Below, piece after piece: positions 52,814 to 64,000 of a stretch of DNA of 64,000 nt. The notes under the pieces were generated by a model. The model worked only from the letters and a program-made list of their open reading frames with translations. It did not search any database and had not been told where the DNA came from. Origin of the DNA: Octopus sinensis (taxonomy: Eukaryota); NCBI RefSeq assembly GCF_006345805.1, contig NC_043020.1:12400001-12464000 (forward strand), in the 5' to 3' direction. How positions within the stretch are numbered: the first letter of the stretch is position 1; each line of letters begins with the position of its first letter. The translations under genes were made by a program, and so were the position numbers.

Positions 52814-53037
52814 ATATATATATATATGATGTATATATATATATATGTATGTATATATATATATATATGTAGTATATATATTATATATGTATGTATGTAT
52901 ATATATATAGTATGTATGTATATATATATATGTATGTTATGCATATATATATATATATATGTATGTATATATATATATATTATATATATATATATGTTGT
53001 ATGTATATATATATATGTATATGTGTGTGTGTGTGTG

Positions 53038-53330
53038 TGTGGAGGAGCAATGGCCCAGTGGTTAGGGCAGCGGACTCGCGGTCGTAGGATCGCGGTTTCG
53101 ATGCCCAGGCCGGGCGTTGCGAGTGTTTATTGAGCGAAAAACACTAAAAGCTCCACGAGGCTCCGGCAGGGGTGGCGATCCCTGCTGTACTCTTTCACAC
53201 TCTTTCTCACTCTTTCTTCTGTGGCTGCTCGCTTAGCCAGCGGGGTGTGCGTCATTCGAAGGCTAAAACAATGCGAACGCATTGTGACCAGCGATGTGTA
53301 ACAACATCTGATGGGCTGGTCGGTCACGTA
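53038..53330 (+). mobile_element. SINE head A + tail 3
   Basis: Head matches 8763; the 3' part (gctcgcttagccagcgggg...ctggtcggtcacgt) is unrelated to tail 1. Confidence 0.85.
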
Positions 53331-53383
53331 TTATATAAATAAATAAATATATATATATATATATATCTATATATATATATATA

Positions 53384-54556
53384 TTGGATCATCCCATAAA
53401 TAATGCGGGGTTTTTTCAATTGCATAAGCTAAATGTCGGAGTGGGACGGAATATACTTTCTGCATCAACTTGTATTTATTCTTAGTACACGTTTTGAAGA
53501 GTGCAGTTATTTTTTCAAAGCTATAATGGAAGTGACAAAGGAGCAAATTCGGCATATTTTGCTTTATGAGTTCAGTAAAGTCAACAGCGTAACGGAAAGT
53601 GCGAGGAACATTAATGCTATATATGAGGATCGGACAATAAGCGTAAGGCAATGTCAACGGTGGTTCCAGAAATTCCGACCCGGATACTACAGCCTAGAAG
53701 ACGAGCCTCGTCCGGAAGATCTGTAGGACTCGACGAGGATATCCTGCAAACTCTGGTGGAACAAAAGCCAATCGTAACTGTTGAAGAACTAGTAGAGATG
53801 CTTGGATTTGGTCATTTAACCATTCACCTGCGTGCCTTCGGAAAAATCAGCAAATTTAGTCAATGAGTTCCTCCCAAACTTACCGAGTCTAATCGTGCAC
53901 AGAGAGTGAACGTGTGTTTTTCTTTACTGTCACGTCTCACGAATGAACCTTTTTTTGAACCGAATAGTGACTGGTGACGAGAAATTGGTTCTCTTAAAAA
54001 ACCTCAAGCGCCGAAAACAGTGGGTAGGGAAAGGAGAAACATTGGTACTCCAGGTAAAAGAAGGTCTTCACCCACATAATGTGATATTTGTTTGATGGGA
54101 TATGAAAGGTTTAGTCTACTTTGAATGTTTTAACCCAAACCAAACGATAGCAAACGAAATCAACTGCAAGCAACTTGAGCGGCTTAATTCAGCCCTAGAA
54201 GAAAAACGACCATCTTTGGTTTCAAGACGAAAGTTGTTCTTGCACCAGGATGATGCCCGGCCACATACAGCGAGGATGACATTCCAAAGGCTGTAGTAGA
54301 TTAAATGGGAAACGATGCCCCACTTGCAATATTTGCCGGACATTGCCCCATCTGATTATCATTTATTCTGCAGTCTTCAAAATCATTTGGACGAAAATGT
54401 ATGAATTCTGTAGACGAGGTCAGATCAGTACTGGAGTGATATCTTTCGTCATGGCAAGTGAACTTTGGAAGAGGGACCTTGCAAGTCTACCAGATATATG
54501 TAGGAGCATTGTAGAAAATGAAGGAGAGTGTATTTTGTGTTTTGAGTATAAATCTT
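53384..54556 (+). mobile_element. Near-full-length degenerate mariner (DD34D) transposon
   Basis: TA|ttggatcatcccataaataatgcg left end; MEVTKEQIRHILLYEF...CQRWFQKFR...LEDEPR, IVTGDEK, HQDDARPH and PDIAPSDYHLF; multiple stops and frameshifts; right end cut by a SINE. Confidence 0.93.
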
Positions 54557-54889
54557 GACTTTGCCTTTCATCTTACGGGGGTTGATAAAATCGAGACTAG
54601 ACAAGTAATGAACGAGACCAATGGTACCGACTTTTTCTCTACCTTCAAAACAGCTGGCTTTGTGGGTGTTTATGTGCCCAGTTATGAGAATCTGTGTGTG
54701 AGCGTACGAGAATATTTCTTAGAAATATTTTGAGCATACAAAACTTTTTCTAAAATATTTAATCAAAAGGGTGGCGGTGGAAGAGAGTGGGTGGGGAGAA
54801 AAAATATAAAAGGGTGGGGAAGAAGTCTACAATAAAATATTCTCATTTATGTTTGGAGATATGGTCACGAATGACTCAAATGTTTTGTT

Positions 54890-55262
54890 TTTTTTTTACT
54901 TGTTTCAGTCATCTGACTGCGGCCATGCTGGAGCACCACCTTTAGTCGAGCAAATCGACCCAGGACTTATTCTTTGGAAGCCTAGTACTTATTCTATCTG
55001 TCTCTATTGCCGAACCGCTAAGTTACGGGGACGTGAACACACTACAAACACAGACACACAAACATATATACATACATACATGTATATATATACATATATA
55101 CGACGGGCTTCTTCCAGTTTCCGTCTACCAGATCCACTCACAAGGCTTTGGTCGGCCCGAGGCTATAGTAGAAGACACATGCCCAAGGTGCCACGCGGTG
55201 GGACTGAACCCGGAACCATGTGGTTCGTAAGCAAGTTACTTACCACACAGCCACTCCTGCGC
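54890..55262 (-). mobile_element. SINE family 1
   Basis: Full reverse-complement copy. Confidence 0.88.
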
Positions 55263-55890
55263 CAACTACATCTAACTTTACTCAAAGCATCGTCTCATTC
55301 TACTTAATTGAACTTAACCAACTGGTCTCAATAATTATAATTTCATTGAATGTAACTCTTGATCTAGTTCCTAATTGTCTCATCACAGATATTGTACATC
55401 AGTGTACAACAAATTATTGACCTAATGTGCCGTTTACCCTGGTGTTATCTTTAATCATTTTAAATTCCATACAAGCTCTTTTCGAAATTCTTAAATAGTA
55501 AAATACTTCTTTGCTTTCAACTTATCTCTTGGCTTCAAAAACTAAGCACGCACATACAATATTAATGGAAATAGAACAGTGTGTCTAATACAAAATTATA
55601 ATCTGAGAATAAAAGACCGCGTAATCTTTGCATTACGGAAAACTATGAATATTTTTCTCCTGCCTAATTACCAGATGTTCTAAATGTAAATCTTTGAAAG
55701 ATTTTAAACATTCTAAACTCAACACTCAACCCAGCAGGCAATCGACTAAACTGTAAGATGATAAAACTGAATACACTTATTTTGTTTTTAACACTGAATT
55801 ATTTTCATTTTGTGAATTACTGCGATCACTTCCATCGTGTGGTCGCACCCGTGCATTTCTATCCAGATCGCTTTAGAAACAACAGTGGTC

Positions 55891-56085
55891 GGATCTGTTC
55901 GGTTTGAACGGCAGTTTTTAACATAATTTCTAGGTAACTAAAAAATTTTAAACTTCGTATACTTGTAGAATGTGTTTATAAAAGATCTTTTTCTTTTGGC
56001 TTTATTGAGAAAATTCTATAGTTTGTAAGATATTTGTTGTTGTTTTTTCTTCAATTTCTGCAATTTCAACCAATCACTGACGTCC
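55891..56085 (+). mobile_element. Truncated copy of the TIR element at 62848-63255
   Basis: ggatctgttcggtttgaacggcagtttt...caatttcaaccaatca is shared with 62848. Confidence 0.8.
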
Positions 56086-56149
56086 AGAAAGAAAACAGCT
56101 GGTTTCTAACACAGGTACAAAGTTCCATCGTTGGAATGTTGATAATGGA

Positions 56150-56497
56150 AACAATATAAAATTCTGAAAAGTCTTGCATATTTTCACTGTTCTGCTTACT
56201 GATTGTATTTGCAATGTGCGAATTAGTTGGTTGATTTTTTTTTCCCTGAAAATCTCAGCTTATCCAGATTGCCAATTCGGCATTTACTTACAAAACCAAG
56301 TGCTTCAGTTATTGTTGGTAGAAATGTAAGTTGGTAATCCGGATGTGGAAGATTGAAATTTCGAAGCAGTTGTCCTAAGTTATCTTCTTTCTGTTTGATT
56401 TTCAAAGAGGTATTCACATCGTCAGGACAGCTGAGCTCTATGTCAATACACATTTGTTCTTGTCCTTCCCAAACAATGATATTCAATCTGCTCTTTA
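56150..56497 (-). mobile_element. 3' end of an RLE-type (R4/R2-like) non-LTR retrotransposon
   Basis: SRLNIIVWEGQEQMCIDIELSCPDDVNTSLKIKQKEDNLGQLLRN...TFLPTITEALGFVSKC, then after a poly-A frameshift QLIRTLQIQSVSRTVKICKTF. This matches a degenerate PD-(D/E)xK restriction-like endonuclease domain (consensus RPDIIVW...IEISCP...K...GALG). Confidence 0.75.
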
Positions 56498-56529
56498 TCT
56501 TTATCTTTATTTATTTATTTATCTTTATT

Positions 56530-56740
56530 TACTTGTTTCAGTCATTTGACTGCGGCCATGCTGGAGCACCGCCTTTAATCGAGCAACTCGACCCCGGGGC
56601 TTATTCTTTTTGTAAGCCCAGTACTTATTATATCGGTTTCTTTTGCCGAACCGCTAAGTAACGGGGACATAAACACACCAGCATCGGTTGTCAAGCAATG
56701 CTAGGGGGACAAACACAGACAACAACAAACACACACACCA

Positions 56741-56794
<54 letters not shown>

Positions 56795-56958
56795 TATACA
56801 TACATATATACGACAGGCTTCTTTCAGTTTCCGTCTACCAAATCCACTCACAAGGCTTTGGTCGGCCCGGGGCTATAGCAGAAGATACTTGCCCAAGATG
56901 CCACGCAGTGGGACTGAACCCGGAACCATGTGGCTGGTTAGCAAGCTACTTACCACAC
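56530..56958 (-). mobile_element. SINE family 1
   Basis: Full reverse-complement copy with internal (TA)n. Confidence 0.9.
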
Positions 56959-58295
56959 AGCCACTCCTGCTCTGTTTATGTTTGGTAAAAGTTTTAATGG
57001 GAATGTTTTTCCGAAATCCCTTGTCGTGGCCTTTACTTATGTATTCAATAAAAGGGCAGGGTTTCGATATTTATTCCATCATTTTACCGAATGGTATTAT
57101 ATATTGAGTTATCGCCAAGCTAATATGGCAGTCCATAAATATAGGACGAAAGCTGACGTTGATTAGCTCCAAGAGGCCATCGCCTCTAGTTAGCTATATG
57201 ACGCACGAACCTGTGTCCATTATAACCTTCGAACAGGGGAGGTCAGCCGCTTCCCCTTGCTGGTCAGGCATCTACAGACACGTTTCAGGGTACTTGCCCT
57301 TTATCAATGCAGAGTAGCTGAACCCAGCAGGCGTCGCTGCCGACTGTCTGTTCGAAGGATTATTTACCTAATTTCAGTGGCATACATCCTGTTTTGGCGA
57401 ATACGTGGTGTCTCAGTGGGGATAGTGCATTGATGACATTTTTTGAGTGGCTGCTGAACAGGTGGGACGTCTTCCACAGAAATAGGTTATCGACATTTTC
57501 GGTTGCATCTTGGGGTACCGGGACCTTAACTGTCTCTTGTTTCTAAGGTGTTTTTCTGGTAACTTCTTACTCTTGGATTACAAACGCATTGTCTTTGATG
57601 CGTGATGTTAATATAGCGCCTACGACTCCAAGAACGGCTGTACTTAAGGTCGATTCTAGTGTTATCTTTAAGAATGAATGAATGTGTGTGTGTGGTGTGT
57701 ATACGTTTGTGTGTGTGTATATGTTTGTGTGTGTGTGCATGCGTGCGTGCGTGGAACTGGTATAAAATTTCTACTAACAGGGAAGGTCGCTGGTGGCATA
57801 AAAATATATTTGGGAGAGGAGGAGGATGAAGAGGAGGATAAAGTAAAGTAAACGAGGCATGTCAGTAGCAGGGAAGGTGATGGGGGTGAGATGTAGAAAC
57901 TGACAACGTCTTTTCTACTCTTAGAAATCGCTGCTTGCAGGATGGGTTGTTGGCAGCAGCAACAGCAGCAGCAGCGGTGCTAGGGTGGTGGGGCAGAAGG
58001 GAAAATGAACTGCACCGAGGCATGTGAAGTAGTAGTGGGTGGGAAAGGAAGAAGCGTTTATTACGAAACAATAAGCAGTACCAATAATAATAATAATAAT
58101 AATAAAAATAATAAACTAACGATGCCAAACTGCAATTGTCACAAAATACGATAAACAGTGTGCACGCTGCAGGTTTTGGTATTAGCTGCACATTTCAACG
58201 CACTACAGTGCGAAAATTCTTGCTGCCTTAGAATTGCTTGTGTTGATTTTGATACCACGTACTCGCTTGCCTGGGACCATGATCAAAATTGATTC

Positions 58296-58339
<44 letters not shown>

Positions 58340-58342
<3 letters not shown>

Positions 58343-58676
58343 AATATTTGGGAATAAATCCAAATTTACAGTGAAAAATCAGATATAGGATTGAATCCAA
58401 TTTTATAGTAAAATATTATATAATATTAATTAGAGACAAAACCACTATTATGCAAATCAAACAAAGAAAGTCTTAATCCAATACATAAAAAATTTATATA
58501 AATTAAATAAAATTAAGTTATCCACTACAATTGTTTCTTGTCACTTCTAAGGACATTCATCAGGTGGTTTTCAGACCTTCTATTGAATTTTAGATTATGA
58601 AGTATACTTCATAATTGGATTAAGTCTTTCTTTGTTTGATTTGCATAATAGTGGTTTTGTCTCTAATTAATATTAT

Positions 58677-58680
<4 letters not shown>
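58340..58680 (-). mobile_element. (TA)n-embedded Penelope-type repeat: 63-bp inverted arms enclosing a hammerhead-like motif
   Basis: Arms 58420-58482 and 58614-58676 (1 mismatch). RC of 58522-58567 is ccac CTGATGA atgtc cttagaagt gacaa GAAA caattg TA gtgg. Confidence 0.68.
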
Positions 58681-58714
<34 letters not shown>

Positions 58715-58954
58715 CACACACACACACACCTAGTGAAAACACGGTAAATTTTTTACTGTAAAACTTTTACATGAAATTCTTTTGTATCTTTATATACACA
58801 CAAATATAACATATATATATATACACACATACACAATATTATATATATATATATACGCATGCATATATATATATAATATATATATTATATATACATATAC
58901 ACAAATATAAATATATATAATATATATATATATATACATATACACAAATTATAA

Positions 58955-58987
<33 letters not shown>

Positions 58988-59425
58988 TATATATATGTAC
59001 ACACACATACATACACACACACATATATATATATATACCTATATATACGCATGCATAAATATACATATATACAGATATAAATACACACACACATATATAT
59101 ATATATATACACAACCTATATATACGCATGCACAAATATAAACAAACACAAATATAAATACACACACACATACATATATACACATATATACATACAAATA
59201 CATATATACTCATACACATATATATACACACATACATATATATACTCACACACGCACACGAGGGTGTGACGAACAGTTCCCGGCTTTAAGAATGTCACGA
59301 AAAGCCCGGCTGGAAGCCCAACACTTCCGAGTATATATATATATATATAAATTTGAAAATGTAACCACATGTGACTCGTTAGCGATTTTCTTCCTCCGTT
59401 TTCATTTTGTATTGGACTTTCCTCT

Positions 59426-59460
59426 GTTTCTGAAGAAGAGTTTTGCTCGAAACGTTAAAC
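59426..59460 (+). ncRNA. Minimal type-I hammerhead ribozyme motif (Penelope-type)
   Basis: guuu CUGAAGA a GAGU uuu GCUC GAAA CG UU aaac; same family as 51718. Confidence 0.65.
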
Positions 59461-59866
59461 CACCTTTCTTTCCTTCCCTAAGCATCTGCTAATACTTTAC
59501 ATGTACCACGTCTTCGTGTTGTTGTTTTTTTGTGTTTGTTCTTCATTTTTGGGATTTACTATATCTATATATATGAGAGAGAAAGAGAGAAAGAAAGAGT
59601 AAGAGAGAGAGCGCGGTATGTGTGTCTAATGCAGCACATGCCATCCCGCTAAATGCTGAATTAACTCGCGAATAGCAGATTTGCAAAAAGAAGACAATCC
59701 GTCCCAAATCACTACAACAGAATACCAGGCGCCAGATACGAAGATTGCTGCGTATAATCCCAAATATCAAATGTAAACTGTAAAGTGCAAATAACTAGAT
59801 ATAAAGTTCAGGCCATGCACAGAAGTTCAAAATAGCAAAGATCCTAATACAAAATTTCAGTAATGT

Positions 59867-59972
59867 CTGCAATCGCTTCGACCGTACATATACAAAAATT
59901 GGAACGTTACAGAGATTAACATGACCCCTGCACAAAGATGACACACAAATTTGTGAAGTGTTCCATATTTTT
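59867..59972 (+). pseudogene. U6: U6 snRNA pseudogene (near full length)
   Basis: tcgcttcgaccgtacatatacaaaaattggaacgttacagagattaacatgacccctgcacaaagatgacacacaaatttgtgaagtgttccatattttt aligns end to end with metazoan U6, with about a dozen substitutions and a 3-nt deletion after ACAGAGA. Confidence 0.93.
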
Positions 59973-60185
59973 CGGAGGCGCGTGGCTTAGTGGTTAATGG
60001 TGCTGAACTCATAATAATGAGATTGTGGTTTCGATTCATGGACTAGGTGATATGAGTTCTTGAGCAAAACACTTCCTTTCGCGTTGATCCAGTCCACTCA
60101 GGGGCCAATGAGTAATCCTGCGGCCGGCCGGCATCCTGTTCTGAGGGAAATATATACACCACGGAAAGCGGGAAATCGGCCTTAT
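59973..60185 (+). mobile_element. Degenerate SINE (head B + fourth tail type) directly after U6
   Basis: ggaggcgcgtggcttagtgg (A box)...gtttcgattc (B box)...ttcttgagcaaaacact...cctgcggccggccggcatcctgttctgaggg; its 3' end is cut by a minus-strand family-1 SINE. Confidence 0.75.
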
Positions 60186-60763
60186 TGGTCTACCGAGGCT
60201 ATAGTAGACATTTGCCCAAAGTGCCACGCAGTGGGACTGAACCTGAAACCATGTGGTTGGTAAGCAAGCTACTTACCACACAGCCACTCCTCCTACATTT
60301 TAGATATGTAAAACGAAATACCTCCGTTTCGCCGATGCAGTGCCTCGGCTTGTTACGACACGTCAAGGTATGTCATGATATCACACAGTACTTCACGTAG
60401 AATGCGAAGGCATCTCGCAATGTGTCACGATAACCTATAGCTGACAGAACAGCTGGAAATGTTGATGAGTTGGTGGTGGTGGTGAGTTCGTTTGTTTGCC
60501 AGTTGTTTTCTAGACACCAATCTAGCTGTAAGTACGCCTGCATCAAGTGACATGACCTAAATCAACTGTTTACAGTTGCTTCTAACAGTTTATACATTTA
60601 TTATTAACAGCACTGCATCGTAAAACATTTCCTGATCAATAAACATCTTATCATTTCACTCCGTAGTTCGCCGTTCACAACAGAGCAAAAAACTGTACTG
60701 TACATTGTCGATGGAAGACATGATGAGTGAGACACATCCAACGTCTTAATACATTAATGAAAT

Positions 60764-61136
60764 AGATTAATGAATTGTGTCATATCAATCTTAAGATTAA
60801 TGAATTGTGTCATATCAGTCTTAAGATTAATGAATTGTGTCATATCAGTTTTAAGATTAATGAATTGTGTCATATCAATCTTGAGATTAATGAATTGTGT
60901 CATATCAATCTTAAGATTAATGAATTGTGTCATATCAATCTTAAGATTAATGAATTGTGTCATATCAATCTTAAGATTAATGAATTGTGTCATATCAATC
61001 TTAAGATTAATGAATTGTGCCATATCAATCTTAAGATTAATGAATTGTGTCATATCAATCTTAAGATTAATGAATTGTGTCATATCAATCTTAAGATTAA
61101 TGAATTGTGTCATATCAATCTTAAGATTAATGAATT
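60764..61136. repeat. 30-bp minisatellite (agattaatgaattgtgtcatatcaatctta) x ~12.4
   Basis: Highly homogeneous tandem units. Confidence 0.97.
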
Positions 61137-61948
61137 ACACCAATACAGTATATCGGTCTTAAGTCATTGGAATATAATGTATTGCAGTATAGTGTCAGCG
61201 ATTGTGTAGTGTACGTCGTTGCTTGTGTTGTAGTTTAACCCTAAGATGCCCGGATCAAATAGAGCGATGATCAATTCACGTTCCAGCCGCGACCACACGT
61301 TTTCTTGAGAGTACATAGAAATACAGTAATATATACCTATGTGCATTTTAAAGAAAGTGCAGTGGGATTTCGAAGATGTTTATTTCCTGCAGTTGGATAG
61401 AATACATGTTGGCTCCAGTTTATAAATTTTGTACTCTTAGATTTACAAGCAGGAGAAAACCGACGACGCGTGCGATTGTACATTTTATCTATATATATAT
61501 ATATATATATATATATGCCATCTTTCCGACTGCTATCTTCACAAAGACCAGACCTGCTTATCCTGTCTCTTTCATAAGCTGTCTCCTTAAGCGTCAGAAT
61601 AATTTTTCTCATCGTCTTGGCTTAACAGCTCTCATTGTTTGTTTTTACTGTTTTGTTCTCATTGCTCTGTCTTTTACTGTTTTGTTCTTACTGTTCTGTT
61701 CTTGTTACCACTTTCACCCTCCGCAAAAAATCCCAAATTTTAATTTGCTTTGCGGGAAGGACTGTTTCAACGAAGTCGCGTCTTGTCCTTACCTTCCAAA
61801 CGCGGAGTAGATGAAACAGGCACAACTGAAGAAGGGGAATATTCCTCGTGTTGTATGCCATGTTTCTCTGTTTCTTTTCGTTGTTTAAAAAAAGTTCGTT
61901 TCTCATTGTGTTCAACGTTTTTTTATGTTGTCCTGCACCCATATATGC

Positions 61949-61991
<43 letters not shown>

Positions 61992-62847
61992 CCATGCTGT
62001 ATATACTTTGCTTCTTTTATTCTTCAACTTGTTTCAGTTCTCAGATTGCAGCCATGCTGGGGCACCGCTTTGAATTTGTAATCGAATGAACTGAACCCAG
62101 TACTTATTCTATCAGTCTCTTTACCCGTACCGCTAAGTCACGGGGACGTAAACACACCAAAACCGGTTGATAAGCGGTGGTGGTGGTGGGGTGGAGGAAC
62201 ACATACAGTTTCAAAGACACACACACATACACTACTTTAGGCCTTCTTCCCGTAACAGAAAAGATTATAAATATACATATTGTCTTGCAATAATTCACAT
62301 ACGAAAATTCCATTTCCAAACGAGTAGAAGCATAAAATCATATAATATTCCTTGTATTGAAACAGCTAAACTGAAAATTTAACTGAGCATGAACACATAA
62401 GTCGCAAAACACTTCGTTGAATCGTTGACCAAGTTTGCTGGATTGTTTTAAGCCGTCCGTGAGTTAGCTGCCCTCAACACCAACTTTTAATGAAAAGAAA
62501 CATCCTAAACCCCTCCAAATTTGACAACACTTGTTCTTCCCAATTGTAGAAGTTTTATCCTTGTTTAGGATATCACCTGAATATAGAACACAAAGCTGGC
62601 CCTTTTCTTCGAAATCGTAATGATTGTTCACCAAGCAGAATTATATTATTTTCTGTTTAAAGAAACCTTTTGTTGTTGTTCAAAGCCGAATAATGGTATG
62701 CAGATGGAACTTTGAAGATAACGGCTTCAGGAATGGTGGCATTTTGACCTTTTGTCTCTACACTGCAATGGGCAGAAAGATCAGGGTCAGATTTAAACCT
62801 TGGGCGAAGAGGGGGAGAGGTTCATTTCAGTTTTGGTAAGACATTTA

Positions 62848-63255
62848 GGATCTTTTTGGTTTTAACGGCAGATTTTTAAAATAATTTCCACGTAACTAAA
62901 AAAATTTTTAACTTCGTATACTGGTAGAATGTGTTTATAAAACATCTTTTTCTCTTGGCTTTGAGAAAATTCCATAGTTTGTAGGATATTTGTTGTTTGT
63001 TTTTTCTTCAATTTATGCAATTTCAACCAATCAATGATGTCCATTGAGGTAAAACACATTCTGTGCCGTATGAATATATCCCTCGTTTAAGAAACAGATT
63101 GGGTTTATTTACATTTGTAAAGAAAAAAAGATACCCCCCCCCAACCAACCCTAAAATAGATTGAAATGCAATAGATCGATACTAGGGTCATAATTATGGT
63201 TGACAATTTCATATGACACCGCTAGAAAAAACTGCCGTTCAAACCGAAAAGATTC
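62848..63255. mobile_element. ~410-bp TIR-bounded non-autonomous DNA element
   Basis: ggatctttttggttttaacggcagatttt ... aaaaactgccgttcaaaccgaaaagattc inverted ends; superfamily not assigned. Confidence 0.75.
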
Positions 63256-63435
63256 GACTTTTATACACAAAACATAAATACAAAACCAAGTTTTTGTTGT
63301 TTCTTTTCCTCCTAGTTTGCCCCCCTTTCGCTGGTGAATGATTGTGAAGCGTTTCGGCTTTCTCAATGTTTTTTAAAGGTCCAAATAAATGATGTTGATT
63401 TGACTTTACTACAACTATACCAAGAAGAATACCTG

Positions 63436-64000
63436 TAGGCGAGCTGGCAGAAACGTTAGCACGCCGGGCGAAATGCTTTGTGGTATTTCGTCCGCCGCTA
63501 CGTTCTGAGTTCAAATTCCGCCGAGGTCGACTTTGCCTTTCATCCTTCCGGGGTTGATTAAATAAGTACCAGTTACGCACTGGGGTGATGTAATCGACTT
63601 AATCCGTTTGTCTGTCCTTGTTTGTCCTCCCTGTGTTTAGCCCCTGTGTGGGTAGTAAAGAAATAGGTATTTCGTCTGCCGTCACGTTCTAAATTCAAAT
63701 TCCACCGAGGTCAACTTTGCCTTTCATCCTTCCGGGGTCGTGGGGTCGATATAATCGACTTAATCCGTTTGTCTGTCCTTGTTTGTCCTCTCTGTGTTTA
63801 GCCTCTTGTGGCTTGTAAAGAAATAGGTATTTTGTCTGCTGGAAGGCGGCGAGCTGGCAGAAACGTTAGCACGCCGGGCGAAATGCTTTGTGGTATTTCG
63901 TCCGCCGCTACGTTCTGAGTTCAAATTCCGCCGAGGTCGACTTTGCCTTTCATCCTTCCGGGGTCGATAAATTATAGTAGCAGTTACGCACTGGGGTCGA
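63436..64000 (+). mobile_element. SINE family 2 dimer plus a further headed copy running off the window
   Basis: Same aaagaaata|ggtattt junctions; a new head starts at ~63842. Confidence 0.85.

Noticed and set aside
60304-60367. AG...GT-bounded 64-nt segment as an exon
   Set aside because: It stops immediately in phase 1 and the other phases show no recognisable homology.
61819-61859. caa CTGAAGA a ggggaa ta ttcctc g... as a hammerhead
   Set aside because: Stem II is good but the GAAA core is deleted, so it is at most a dead relic.

Overview
AT-rich, repeat-saturated eukaryotic DNA. The SINE families, dense compound microsatellites and mariner relics point to an octopus (Octopus sp.) genome; this is inferred from repeat content. 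Almost all ORFs in the supplied track are microsatellite or SINE artefacts. The only host coding sequence I can support is a 76-nt first exon of a universal stress protein (USP/UspA-like) gene (31494-31569, +; MATTGEKRNVILAMDGSEHSNFALE|gtaagt). I could not find its second exon in the remaining 32 kb. The rest is mobile DNA: several tRNA-derived SINE families (many with clear TSDs), CR1, RTE and RLE-type LINE fragments, mariner/Tc1/hAT MITEs, two non-autonomous Helitrons, and short (TA)n-embedded Penelope-type repeats. The most interesting observations are RNA-level. (1) At least seven minimal type-I hammerhead-like motifs, including a CUGUNGA core variant with a compensatory stem-II change, three copies of which lie in tandem. 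(2) Head-to-tail SINE multimers whose whole array is flanked by one TSD. (3) A near-full-length U6 snRNA copy fused directly to a SINE 5' end. (4) Mix-and-match SINE heads and tails. (5) A 93-bp-arm near-perfect hairpin in the presumed USP intron. All coordinates were read by eye and may be off by a few bases.
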